Assembly (NCBI GenBank): GCA_037447605.1
Contig: CM074818.1
Coordinates: 1,438,617 to 1,502,616 of the forward strand
Length of the DNA stretch: 64,000 bases
Direction of reading: 5' to 3'
DNA from: Zygnema circumcarinatum SAG 698-1b
Lineage: Eukaryota; Plantae; Zygnematophyceae
In this document: positions 11,145-29,300 of the stretch, one piece after another
Position numbering within the stretch: position 1 is the stretch's first letter
Layout of the letters: each line of letters begins with the position of its first letter
The notes under the pieces: generated by a model
Seen by the model: only the letters and a program-made list of their open reading frames with translations
What the model was told of the DNA's origin: nothing
The model's database searches: none
Translations under genes and position numbers: made by a program

Positions 11145-11552
11145 GGATGAGCCACGTGTACTCTCTCTACCGATTGGCTCGCCTCCTTCTAGTCTTATCT
11201 TATATTGTCCTTCTTCCTTCTTCCTCCTTCGTTAAGAGCATTCATGTACAGGTCCTGGGCTGGTTAGAGAGCTCGGGTTACAATATTTAGGCTGATGGGT
11301 TTGTGGGCCTAGGGTGAGGGGGGTAGGAGTAGGGTTAGGGTTAGGGTTAAGGTTGCCGTTGAGGTTGAGGATGCGCCTGGTTGAGGCAACGGTGGTTCCC
11401 CAATTTCCTATTTATTACTTTTCTGTAGCTTACAGAATAATAAGCGAAAAATCAAACACATGTATTGCTGCTGGGAGCAGCTTTTCCCAATAACCTCGAG
11501 GGTATCTGATAGAGGGAACGAAGGCGCTCAGCTGAGTGGCGGATGCGTCCGT

Positions 11553-11593
<41 letters not shown>

Positions 11594-11610
11594 GAGAGAG
11601 GAGAGAGAGA
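11553..11610. repeat. (AG)n microsatellite, interrupted
   Basis: Directly visible between convergent 3' ends. Confidence 0.95.
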
Positions 11611-12205
11611 GGGGGAGGTACGGGGAGATGTTTCTGCACTGATTGCTCTCCCGCAATAAAGTAAAATGCCCCTTTTAATTGTGACTTTATCGAGCGGTTT
11701 CGGAAGCTGTAGGAATATGGCTCCATGGTACTGTTGTGAGGCAGTCTCGAATCCTTGCAAGGTTCGTTGTTTGCGCTCATGTGGGAGCAAGACGCACATG
11801 GAGCCGGGCATGGGCTGCCTCTCCATAGAAGGGTGAGCCTCCTTCGAGCCTAGGAGGGTGTTAGAAAGTCGACCTTCGCCTTCTTGAAATTTGAGCCACA
11901 AATTACCCGTCCATTAGGGACCGTCCGTCCTCTACGGCTTCGATGGGTTATCCTTAAGCCTAACATCTGGCAGCACAACAGACATAAAGGGCGGGCAGTT
12001 GAGAGGGGAGCTGCAGCAATGAGAGTTGGGGTTACATGCGCCCTCGCAGACACGAGCAGCTCGCGTGACAAGGAGCTTTGAGCTTTGGCAGAGAGCCTGC
12101 CAGCTGCAAGTCACCTTATTTCTTTTTTAATACTCTTGTGTCCGATCCTCACTGAGTACAAACAGCCTAAGGTCTAAAAATGTGAACCAAAAATGTGCTT
12201 CATGT

Positions 12206-17929
<5,724 letters not shown>

Positions 17930-18109
17930 CGGTCCCTGCAGCTCCCCTCCACCCGCCCACCAGGGTCACCTTTAGCGACCTCCACCTCTCCCTCCGTCTC
18001 TCTCTAGCCTCCGCCTCGGCCTCTCATCTCCTACCAGCCCCCTCCCCACTCCCCTCCTCCCCTCTCCCGCTTCTTTTCTTTTCGCCAGCTAGTGAGCAGC
18101 CATGGCCCA

Positions 18110-18335
18110 CCCCATTCCTCCCCTCGCGCAGTCGAGGCAAAGCTGGCAAACCCCGCCCATCGGTCCGTACAGTCCCCTTGGACGTACAGTACAATACCGT
18201 ACAGTTGCCTCAAAGTACATATGTACGGCACGGTAAGGCCACCATGCCATGCCATGCCATGCCCATGGCATGCATCTTTCATTCGCTGCACTTTTTAGGG
18301 TTGCAAGTAGACTCGCGGAGGCAGGTATAAGGGGA
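18110..18335. promoter_or_regulatory. Putative bidirectional promoter, CDKG/PP6
   Basis: Head-to-head starts about 590 bp apart; six GTAC in about 60 bp, a (CCATG)n array, and TATA-like gtataa at 18325. Confidence 0.65.
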
Positions 18336-18521
18336 GGGAAGAGACGGCGTGAGGTGGTGCAGAAGAAGCATACAGAACAGGAGGAATTGGTCCATTTTAC
18401 CGCAAATAAATCAGCAGGAAGTGGAGAGAAGAGACAGGCGGGATTGGTACAGCTGGGCAGATAGAGAATTAGAATCCCTGAAAGTATATCCATACTGAGG
18501 CTGACAGAGCGCAATTGAAGA

Positions 18522-21500
18522 ATGGGAATGGATTTAGATCGATGGATTGAGAAAGTGAAGCGATGCGATTACTTGCTGGAAGACGAGCTCAAACAGCTTT
18601 GCGAATATGTGCGTTTTGAAGTTCTGCAATTGACCTCTTACATGCGTAGGAATCGGAGTTGCAGCTGTTGTCACGTTAGCTGTTATCTGCGGCCCTATGA
18701 GGGTGCATGTTGCCGTTATTTTTCAAACTGAGCCATGAGACGAACATTCTTTCTGACTTCAGCATGCACTTGTGCTTGTACCTTTGCCCTTCTGACGAGT
18801 GGGAGCCAGCCTTGATGAGTTGACAGGTTAAGGAGATTCTTGTCGAGGAGTCAAATGTCCAACCCGTCAACAGCCCTGTGACGGTTTGTGGCGACATTCA
18901 TGGGCAGTTCCACGACCTTATGAAGCTCTTCCAAACAGGGGGGCACGTACCGACGACAAATTACATTTTCATGGTATTGTTTGCGGAATCTTTGTCAGGG
19001 AGGATATAGATGACGACAGTGGAAGCATGAATTTTACTTCTGCTGGTTCCTCAATACTCTGTGCAGGCACTCTGCCAGATTCCAACATGACTGGATGACT
19101 GCGTCTAGTTGTAACCCCAGTTGTCTTGCCCTTTCCCTACTTGTCTCTGCTCTAAGTTCACAATTGGGAAAATATCATCATCTGCCTTTGCACTATGAGG
19201 GACAGTCCGGATTGGGATTTATCGTCGTCATCTGTAAACAGGGTTTGGCTTGCCACTGTGTTATGCCACACCTGAGTCGGCCTAAGAACGATGGTTTTGT
19301 TTACTGCTTTATCCTTTCACGAATTTCTACTCACTATCCATTTCCTGAAGGAGAAGCTTGAGACAGTTGTGGAACAATTATTAAAGTTGGAATAGAGACA
19401 TATCCTTCGGCCATAAAAGTAAGATAGGATTCGGTTTTCCAATATATACTACTGCAAAATGGAAATCTTTGGTTTTCCGTGTGAAGCCCGTCAGCAACTG
19501 TATAGCTTACTCATCGAAGCATGGTGTAACCCTCAGGATGCATTCATGCCGCCATCTACCTCATGAAATGAAGCAAGTAATAGGTGGAGAAATTATCCGG
19601 CCACTGCTCACAGTGGGCTCATACTGCGGGGTGTCTGTGAGCAGGGAGACTTTGTAGATCGGGGTTATAATAGTCTGGAGGTGTTCACTATCCTATTGCT
19701 GCTAAAGGCTAGGTGAGCTGACTCACATTACAAGGCGGTTGGATTTGCACGTCCTTCGTCCTTCGTTCCTTGAAAACTCGCATTTGGCGACAGGCTGACC
19801 AGTCGGAAGGAGAATTATTTAATAAAGTCAAAAGTTCATGAAGTCATATTGTACATATTGGGAAATTGAATAGTACCAAAGTTGTCTTGCGATGTGATTG
19901 GTTTCTGGTTCTTAGATATCCTGCGCATATGACATTGCTGCGTGGCAATCACGAGAGCCGACAAATCACGCAGGTTGTTAACTTGTCCTTCATCCTTGCT
20001 TAAGTTTTCTGTCAGTAATTGCAGATTTTTCGCCCAGGTTGATCAGATTTGACAATGTTTGATCGGTCTCCAATTGAGGAATCTATGGAGATGAAGATGA
20101 CGAAATGGGTATGGGGGCAACCGATGAAACAGGTTTACGGATTTTATGATGAATGTCAGCGGAAATACGGCAACGCCAATGCATGGAGATACTGCACTGA
20201 TGTATTTGATTATTTGACTTTATCTGCTCTGATTGATGGCCGGGTAATCACCGATTTCTTCTTCTTAACTTGGAATATTCAAGAAAAGTAAGCAAGGAAA
20301 TATTTTATAAGAATGCTGTAAGATGCGATTCTTGCAGCTCATTGAACCCTAGTTTGAATAGAATAGGCTCTTGCGGGATAATCGAAATGCCAAATGGATG
20401 GGAGAAAGCATGCAGTCCTTCCCAATGTTTACAGATGCTTTCTACGCTGCCAATTACAGGTTTTATGTGTCCATGGAGGCTTGTCGCCCGATCTTAGAAC
20501 GCTTGATCAGGTGAACTACACATGACCTCAAATCTTCTGAACCTGTCGTTTTGAAGTTGTAAGCCTGTTGCTGGTTTAGGATAATCAGCACCAAGGAGGT
20601 ATTGACTGTTGCTCATGTCTATCAAGAACTTGGACTGGCCTTAAAACATTCAGTTTGACAAGAAGTTCAGAAGTTCAGTCATCACGTCCTCCCGGCAGAA
20701 AGAGTAAGGAATGTTTATTACATTGTGTGATTGAAAATGATTGTGCGAAGTGTACCTGCACTGAGTGGGATCGCTGTGAGTGAGAATGGAGGCGGCTTTC
20801 AGGAAGTGGAGTAGACGGGTGTTGCCGTAAGAAATTTATGGAGCCTTTCTGAGTTATCGATGATGGTTGTGTAAACAAGTAACCTCATGGGGAGTTGTTT
20901 GCATGGTTTCGTCGGTCGGTGGCGGCTTTGGTGCAGATTCGTACCATTGAAAGGCAGTGCGAAATTCCTCATGAAGGGCCCTTTTGTGGTGAGTGTGTTC
21001 CCTATCAACATCTTTTGGATGCCTTATTCTGTAAACGGATTGAGATGCTCACTTCCTTTTCTACTCAGTGGGTCAATCATTGCCTTGCCGATGAGTAGCT
21101 TATGCGTGGTCTCGCTATTCCCCGTAGGAAGCTTCACGATTCAGACAAAGCTGCTTGATTTATTGATCAAATTTGCTGAAATTATGTACATTATACCCAT
21201 GGTTAGCGAATAAATCAAGTGCTGCTAAAGGCTTGCTTTGTAGTTTTGGGGACCTCCCTGGATGTTTGATTTCTTAGTGACTTAGAATTAGCATAGCGCG
21301 GGAGAAGGGATGAGGAGCCTCAATGCATTGCTTTGCTCCGCATGCAGACCTCATGTGGAGTGACCCCGAGGATATTGACACGTGGGCAGTCAGTCCACGA
21401 GGGGCAGGCTGGCTGTTTGGTGCACGTGTCACTTCGGAGGTTGGTTATCATAGATTTACCTTTCAGAGATATTCATAGTTTCAGCTTTCGGTTTTTGTGG

Positions 21501-22459
21501 TTTTTAAGGATGTCTCTTGGGGCTTGAGGAGGAGCGGAGTTACGCATTCCATTCTTTCAATTTGCATTCGGACATTTTGAATATTGCCATGTAGCTGCAG
21601 CATACGTGAAGGTGTGCACAGGCAGTCGCTAGACCGTCACGACATCATTAGACAATTCAAGTTCTAAGTAGCCAAAAGTGATATCTTAGAATCAGTTGAA
21701 GCTGTTTCAGAGTTTCCTAACTTGTATGTTGTTGGTGGGGATGGGGCTGGACGGCATAGTTTAACGCCATCAACCAGCTAGAGCTTGTATGCCGCGCCCA
21801 CCAGTTGGTGCAGGAGGGTCTGAAGTACATGTTTCCTGACAGAGGCCTCGTCACGGTAAGGAAGAAGTTCCTTCCGGCCTTGTGCGAGTTTATGGCCTCT
21901 GCTGTTGCTTTACTACGATTAGTACGGTGGTGGTTTGGTGGTCTACAGGGTTTGACTTGTCCTTGTCCTCGTTTTTTCCCTGGATTTTTTGTTTTTTTGA
22001 ATGGGCGTATGTCTGCAGGTGTGGTCTGCCCCAAACTACTGCTATAGATGCGGCAATGTGGCGTCAATCCTAAGTTTCGATGAGAACATGGTGCGTAGGT
22101 CCTGAAGCCCTAGCGGTTTGTGGTCTACAGTTTGAAGTTTGGGGGTTGCTTACAGATATGAGTTGTTTCTATTCTTGTCCGGCATTTCATGAAACAAATC
22201 TGGTCGGGCTTTTCAAAGCTCTCTCGTGGAAGTCCATTCGCTTTTTGGGAAGAAGGTTGTTTAGCTCTCATCCCTTTCGGCCTGAGGGTTACCGTTCACA
22301 GTATGCCGGCATTGTTTGATTGACATCTAATCATTGTCGTCACTTTGACCCATTTGTGAGAGTGATGTTGTGTAGGAACGCGGAGTGAAGTATTTCACGG
22401 AGACGGAGGAGAATGGTAACATGATGGCCCCGAGGGCCGCAGTGCCATACTTCCTTTGA
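18522..22459 (+). CDS. FYPP: Ser/Thr protein phosphatase 6 catalytic subunit (phytochrome-associated FyPP type)
   Basis: 11 exons. Starts [11 protein letters not shown]; PPP motifs [52 protein letters not shown]; C-terminus RAAVPYFL*. Start is 18522 or 18528. Confidence 0.96.
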
Positions 22460-23146
22460 GAAGCCAAGCATGCGTACTACTGTACATGAGTTAATCATTT
22501 AGTCAATGGAATAAGGTCCCAAAGATGCTGCCCTTGCCCATTCACGTCATGACATGGGACTTGGATATGATGGATCTTTCGATCTCCTCACGCACCGCGC
22601 TTGTGGGTTTACCGTGACCATGGTGTTCTGTTCATTTGAAGCCTTCACAAATAATTAGGAGAAATGTCAGCCATTCACGAACTGTCATTAAACCGGCTTT
22701 CTAACAGAATCCACCGCTCCGTTGCTCCAAGAGCGGCCGCTGTGAGACCCTCACGATCTCATTTGTTTAAAGGCCTCTCTCTCCTACAGCTACTCCGGTC
22801 AATGCTCCGTTATGGCACCAACTTATTCCTAGTATTCACATATGCCATGACATCGTACCCGCCTCCACTGCGACCTTAGGATAATAACAAGATGTTGGTG
22901 AGCAGTCTATACACACTAATCCTATACACACTAAGTGAAGACATACTATACTACTGCCCTCCCCGTATTCTCTTTCCTTTCTCTGCCTTTGGCAGTCCTG
23001 AGAGAGGCCACACAATGGCTGGCTTGTTCTGGCGTCAGAAGAGATGGAACTGCCACTTCAATCCTCGAAACATGCCCAACATCGAACTACGTCGAAGGGA
23101 GGAGTCGATACAAGCAAAACCACCCGAATAGAGAAGGCCAAGGACA

Positions 23147-25984
23147 TCAGCCGAGAGCTGGATCTCGAATTACTTGGGGAACGAAGTCACTCGACAAGTA
23201 GTTTTGGAAAAAGTCGGCATACATCTCGTAGCGGGCAGTCATCCTGAAGCACCATCTGTCCTTGACTTGCTGGCAGAGGTTGAGGTCCATCTCAGCGATC
23301 ATAAGGCCATCTCGGCACCTCGAAAGACTTGGCGTCCGGGAAGCATCCGGAGCAGCAAAGTAGCTCGATCCATAGAAATGCCCAAAGTCTTTGTGGGCCG
23401 CCTTACCGTCTCCGGAAGTGAAGGCATTTGGAAAAGTTTCCGTCCCAACTCGGTTGATGGCACCAACAAAATAGCTGTTGGCAATAGCAGCATTTCGGGC
23501 CTGCACATATTCGCCAATCCTTCATGAGCAAATGACATGCAAAACAAAGTTCTAAACATAAAGAGAGCAGCTGTTAATGATAAACTTGAACAACAACGAA
23601 AGGAGAGCAAGGAAGGCGAAAGGGAGGTCAGCCAATAGTGTGCAGTGAAAAGGAGAAGCTAAGTATATAGAAATGGATCACAAGTGACTGCTAGCCGTTT
23701 AACTATCCAACAAGTGATTGTGTCGCGTTATTGCTGGAAGGAAATTAAAAAAAAATATATATATATATATAGCAACAGCCCACCTCAATGCCCCACATCG
23801 GTTCGCTAAGTTCTCCCACTGTTGCAGAGGGATTGAAAACAATCTCGGCTCCATTCATGCCGAAAGCCTGCCAATTCATGGTATGGTGGCGTCCATAGCA
23901 GATATTTACTGCAATTTTTCCAAAAACTGTTTCGAAAACAGGATGCCCTGTGTTCCCCTCCATGTAGTAAGAGCTTTCATTGAAGTCCCCAATTCGTGGA
24001 ATATGGTTCTGCACACGCAACAGCCGGAGTCTCTTTGAATCATTAAACTAGTCCCTGTCTGCCAAATTCCATATGATTCTGATGGCAAACTGAACGATAC
24101 GTGACAATTGCAACCTAATCTCTAATCATACGAGTGGTTTACGAACTATTAGCTACCTTTCCAATAGTTGCAATGCCATACTTTGATTTCTACCAAAGCA
24201 CCACCTCAACAAAATTAGCACTTCTCTGAAAAAAAATCACAGTCAATCAATCATGCCACCAACAGGTGTCTACTCAAAGAACTCTTTGCTAAGCAATTCT
24301 CATAGCAAAATCCTGAAAAAGAGCACATCCAAAGAGAACCAAGCCATCAAAAAATAGAGCTTCAATCTGCAGGATAGCCGCTTGCCTTTCGGTGCTTTCC
24401 AATCACGTTTCCATTGTTTCCAATAACCACTGCTGTGTTCCAAATGGTGCCTCCGTGCTCTTCATCTCGCTCAAGAATAGAGCTCACGATCACCATGTTG
24501 TGCTTCTTCGCCAGCTGCTGGATAAATTTCACACTATCGCCATTGTGAGCTGATTCTGCAAACTCGCACCAGCTGCGCTCGCGCGTACAGAAAGCAAACG
24601 GCATGGTCCATGCTTCCTGTAAAATAACAATGCCCGAAATGTGTTAAATCACTTAGACTGCAGTAAAATTGTACGCAAAGCACTTGTTGCAATCTCGAAA
24701 AGGAAAAAAGCCAGAATTACCAACAGGCAATCTGATCACTGATTCGAAGAAATGGTAATCTTGCTGATACATCAACAAAAGGCGATTCATTATTTGCTCA
24801 CTTCAAAGATACCCTTAGTGGCTGCTTCTTCTTCTCCACTTTCGCGAGCCTCGGAACTTAGCATGGGAAGAGAATTTGCATACGCCGTTGCATCAGCTCA
24901 ACACCCCAGAAGTTACTGCTATGACAAGGTATGCGAGAATCACCTGTAAACACACGATGTTTACTCCCGCCTCGCCTGCCACGTCAATCAAGGCTCCAAC
25001 ACGATCCATGATCGCCTGACGCTGCTCTGCATATGGTGCTGTGGTCGGCAGCACAATGGCATTTTGTATGAGACCAACTCGCACAACCCGGGGCTTCCGC
25101 AGCTGCTCTGGCACTGCAGTGAAGCGATATGCCTGCAACCGAGCTATAAAAGTTTTTTGGATTTTGAACACAAAAGAATTGGAAACGCATAGATGGTAAC
25201 TGAGCTGTTCTGGACAACCGATGACGTGGCAAATGCGTCTTACAGAATTGGTTTCCGCAGGCAGAAAGGCCCTTGTTGGTATAGCGGCGCAGTAAACTTG
25301 TACTAACTTTGCGTGCTTCAAAAGAGTTTCTGAGCTATGACAGAGCACAGGGTCTCACCTGGAGATCAAAGTCAGAATTCTTAGCAGAAGCCAGCAAGTC
25401 ATCGTGAAGTGGAATGGAGGACGGAATGCTGGAGCCATTGTAGCCATGGAGGATACGGAAGACTTCCTGCGTAGCGGAACAAGCAACAGCGTTGCAACCA
25501 TGAGATGCAATGGCTAGCCTGCCAAACAGACTGGAATTCCTTAATGAGCAAATCGAACAACTATAAGAAGTTCGCAGAACTTCTGAAATATTTCTGACGA
25601 GCTTTCTTTATCCACATGGGGGATTGTAAGCTGATCTTCCACTCATCAGAACAATGCAGCTGCTAATGATTAAGTAATGAGAGAATTGCTTGGCGCCTGC
25701 TGCCATCAAAGGCTGCTGCTCAACGCCGCAAGAGCGCATGTCCGCAGCGCGATTCAAAGTAACAGCCATTTTTTTTCAATAAATAGAGCATGGAATTCAC
25801 ATTTTATTGCCGTGAAAGCGTTTGCAAACATGTGCAAATCATGCGTCTTTCGTCTGTTTCCAACCTGCAGCTTGTCTGCCGGAACATGCTCCTTCAGCAG
25901 GTCCTCCAGCGTCTCATGCCCGTGAATGCTCCCGTCCTTGTACGCCTCCCTGCTCTTCTCCCCCTCCGCGTTCGTGCTTCCCAT
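23147..25984 (-). CDS. PYD3: Beta-ureidopropionase (beta-alanine synthase; nitrilase superfamily)
   Basis: 6 exons. Catalytic triad contexts [16 protein letters not shown] (Glu), [16 protein letters not shown] (Lys) and NICYGRHH (Cys); [21 protein letters not shown]. Confidence 0.96.
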
Positions 25985-26029
25985 GGCTCCTCCCTCTCCT
26001 CCTCCAGCTCCTGCTCCTGCTCAAACCCA

Positions 26030-26270
26030 GGCCCCTTTCCGTCCTCCCTCTGCTCTCTGTGCAGGTCCGTACGTTCACGTGGAGCCACGTGACGCGATCA
26101 CATTGGATGTAACCACGTGGCACGATCGCATTGGATGGAATATCGCTACGTTCACCACGGTTGGTGCCATACTGTACGGTATAGTAAAGTACAGGTCAGT
26201 TATATGTGTCAAACAGTTCAGTTTTACCATACTGTACGGTTTGGCTTCGCTTTGATTTTGCTCGCTCTGG
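26030..26270. promoter_or_regulatory. Putative bidirectional promoter, PYD3/MYB
   Basis: Starts about 320 bp apart; three CACGTG, ccatactgtacggt twice, cattggatg (CCAAT on the minus strand) twice. Confidence 0.65.
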
Positions 26271-26304
26271 AGGGAGAGAGAGAGAGGGAGGGAGAGAGAG
26301 AAGG

Positions 26305-29300
26305 ATGGAGGACGGAAGGAAAGGGGAGAGAGTGGAGAATGGACATGAGCACACACAGGGCGGGACGGAGCACGTAAGGAGAGAGGGTGAATTGGAGGAG
26401 AGAGAGATGCACGCAGAGGGTGCGATGGAGGAGGTAAGGAAAGGGAAGAGGAAGCTATCTCTGGGTGATGGAGAAAGAAAAGGTCATACTAGGGTTAAAC
26501 ATTCTGACTATCGTGGAGAACTTGGAAACCTTCAAATTTTGGAGGTTGCCAGGGGGGAAGGGAAAGAGGTGGCGAAGGAGGAGGGAGGGATTGAAATTGC
26601 GAGAGGGCAGGGAGAGGGGGGAGGCGAAAGAATGGAGGGAGTGGGAGGAGAGCAGGGACAGATGGGAGAGGAGGAAGAGGTTAAAACAAGGACGATAAGT
26701 GTGGAAAGAAAGAAAGGAAACGGTCGAAGGGAGGGAGAGGAGGGAGAGAAGCGCAGGAAGAAGACGCCTGGCCCCAAACGGAGAACTTATGACTTAGCAA
26801 ATTTACCCGAAAAGGTCTTGGAGGGAACTCCGAAAAGACGTTGGGTGGATGAGAAAAATAGAGAAGACTTTGTGCGTGGGCCGTATTCAGAGCAGGAAGA
26901 CTTGATCATTTTGGCAGCAGTGCGTGACATTATTAAGGTGAAGTTCGAATATCTCCACATTAAGACGACGTTAAAGCACTTAACCCCTCAACCGTCCAAA
27001 CATTTTGTTTTCCTCAAAAAATGTTCAATCGATCACCTCTCAACTTCTTTCTACAATGCAAAGTTTACTGCTGTCAGAGGGGAGGGATGGAGAGAGAGGG
27101 AGAAAGTGAGTAGAGGGAGCTAGAGATTTTGGTGCGTCTAACTTAATTATCCGTGCAGGCGCGGGGATGGAGTGAAGAGGAAGGTCTGGAGAGGATTCTG
27201 GATGGCAAAAACCACAAAGACGCCAAAGGATTGTGGCTAGAAATAGGTGTGTCTTCTTTCCCCTTCTCTCTCTCTCTCTTTCTTTCTCTCTCTCTCCCTC
27301 TCTCCCCCTCGTACACCCATGCTCTTTCTTGTGAAGTTCGCTCCCGTCATGCTCAACAATACAGCCATGTTACTCTTTTTCCGGTAAACATGCTCCATGC
27401 TTTTATGTTCACATACTGCCTTTTATGTGATTCTTTTGCTCCGACAAAATTCGGACGGATATTCGTATTAGTTCATGGCGGGGGGAGGGAGGGGGGGCTC
27501 TGATCGTCCCCACTCTCGGCAATGGCTGACCACTTTTCCTTCCAGAAGTGGGAGAGGGAGAAAGGACTTAAGCCTGGAGTTCTGCAAGGGTTTGAGAGTT
27601 TTGATTTGATTACTTTTCAGTATAGCGCCGGTCCTAGCATGTAGCGTGGGTGTGTACTTAGTGTGGAGACACAAATAATAAACTAATCTCACAACAACCA
27701 CTCGCCGCCCACGTTAATATTGGGCAAATGCTGTTCAATTCTTTTCAATAGAGCTGAATGCTCTTGCATGCTCTACGTGCCAGGCAGTTGGTTCCATGCT
27801 GAGCGTTCCATGCTGTCCGTTCCGTTGCAGGCGCGTGTCTGCCGCGGCGCAGCGTGACGAGCGCGATGCAGCGCGGGCGGCGTCTTCTTCACGGAGGGAA
27901 CTTCGCGGGGCGATGGACGGCGGAGGAGGAGGACCGACTGCGGAGGTTGGGGAGGGGAAGAGGGAGGGAAGGGAGGGAGGGGAGGGAAGGGGGAGAGGGA
28001 GAGAGGGAGCGGAGGGAGGGGGAGGGAGGGAGAGGGAGCGGAGGGGAGGGGGAGGGAGAGAGGGAGCGGAGGGGAGGGGAGGGAGGGAGGGAGAGAGGGA
28101 GAGAGAGGGAGAGAGAGGGAGAGAGGGAGCAGAGGGGAGGGGGAGGGAGGGAGAGAGGGAGCGGAGGGGAGGGGGAGGGAGGGAGAGAGGGAGCGGAGGG
28201 GAGGGGGAGGGAGGGAGAGAGGGAGCGGAGGGGAGGGGGAGGGAAGGGGGGAGGGGAGAAGGGGGCGAGGCGGAACGGAGGGAGGTGGAGAGGGAGCGGA
28301 GGGGAGGGGGAGGGAGGGAGAGAGGGAGCGGAGGGGAGGGGGAGGGAAGGGGGGAGGGGAGAAGGGGGCGAGGCGGAACGGAGGGAGGTGGAGAGGGAGC
28401 GGAGGGGAGGGGGGGGAGGGAGAGAGAGGGAGAGAGAGGGGTTATTTTTTGAACGTTCGTTTGAGGAGTTGTCACGAAAGTAAACGCTGTCAAGAGAGAA
28501 GGCAGAGCATCCATCTGCTTTTTTAAGTGTTTATTTTTGTGTTTTCACGTTGTGTTGTATATCTCATTGCAGGCTTTATGCCCAACACGGTCCAAATTGG
28601 TCGAAGTTGATGAAGGAAATGGGGAGATATTCTGAAAATATAAAATATAAGTGGCGCGACATGCAAGCTCAAAAAAAGGGTTCGTTCTAGCCCTTGAGAG
28701 TCCACACTTGTAGTCTCAAACATGCAGTAAACCCTTCTGCTTCTTTTACCTTTAAACCATCAAACTTTGAACCTTTGACTGAGCACTGACCCTAAGTACT
28801 ATAGACTTGAAATTTGCAACCTAAAACTTAACATTGAGGAAGAAAACCCATTTCTTTTATAGTTGGCTTTTTTATATATTCTCTTTATATTCTTTTTTTT
28901 GGAGAGTGCAGGTGGATGGAGCCATGAGGAGATGGAAAAGTTGTGTGCGCTCGTGCAAAAGCAGCGAAGGGAGGCTTCAACGAGGGAGGGGGAAGTGCAA
29001 GGGAAACGCAAGGTGGAACTCCCTCCTCCACTCTGACCCAATACTCCCATTTCTACGGCTCTCTCTCTCTCTCTCTCCCTCTCTCTTTCTTTTTCTCTAT
29101 CTCTCTTCGTTTTCACTTCTCACCCCTCCCTTCCTCCTTGCCCCTCTCGCTCCCCCCTTCTCTCCTTCTCCTCTTGCCTTTTGACTATTTCTTCACTTTC
29201 TCCAGTTTTAATAAATTCTATAAATTCTCTTCCATTTTTTTTTCAGTGGCGTGACAATATTGACTGGGGATTGATTGCGGAAAAACTTGGAAAGCGGAGA

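Noticed and set aside
18089-18103. ATG GCT GCT CAC TAG as the true CDKG start (angiosperm CDKG begins MAAG)
   Set aside because: It stops after four codons and I see no usable donor to join it to exon 1. At most it is a uORF.
27946-28442. CRISPR-like repeat-spacer array
   Set aside because: The units are low complexity without unique spacers, in a eukaryotic intron with no cas genes.
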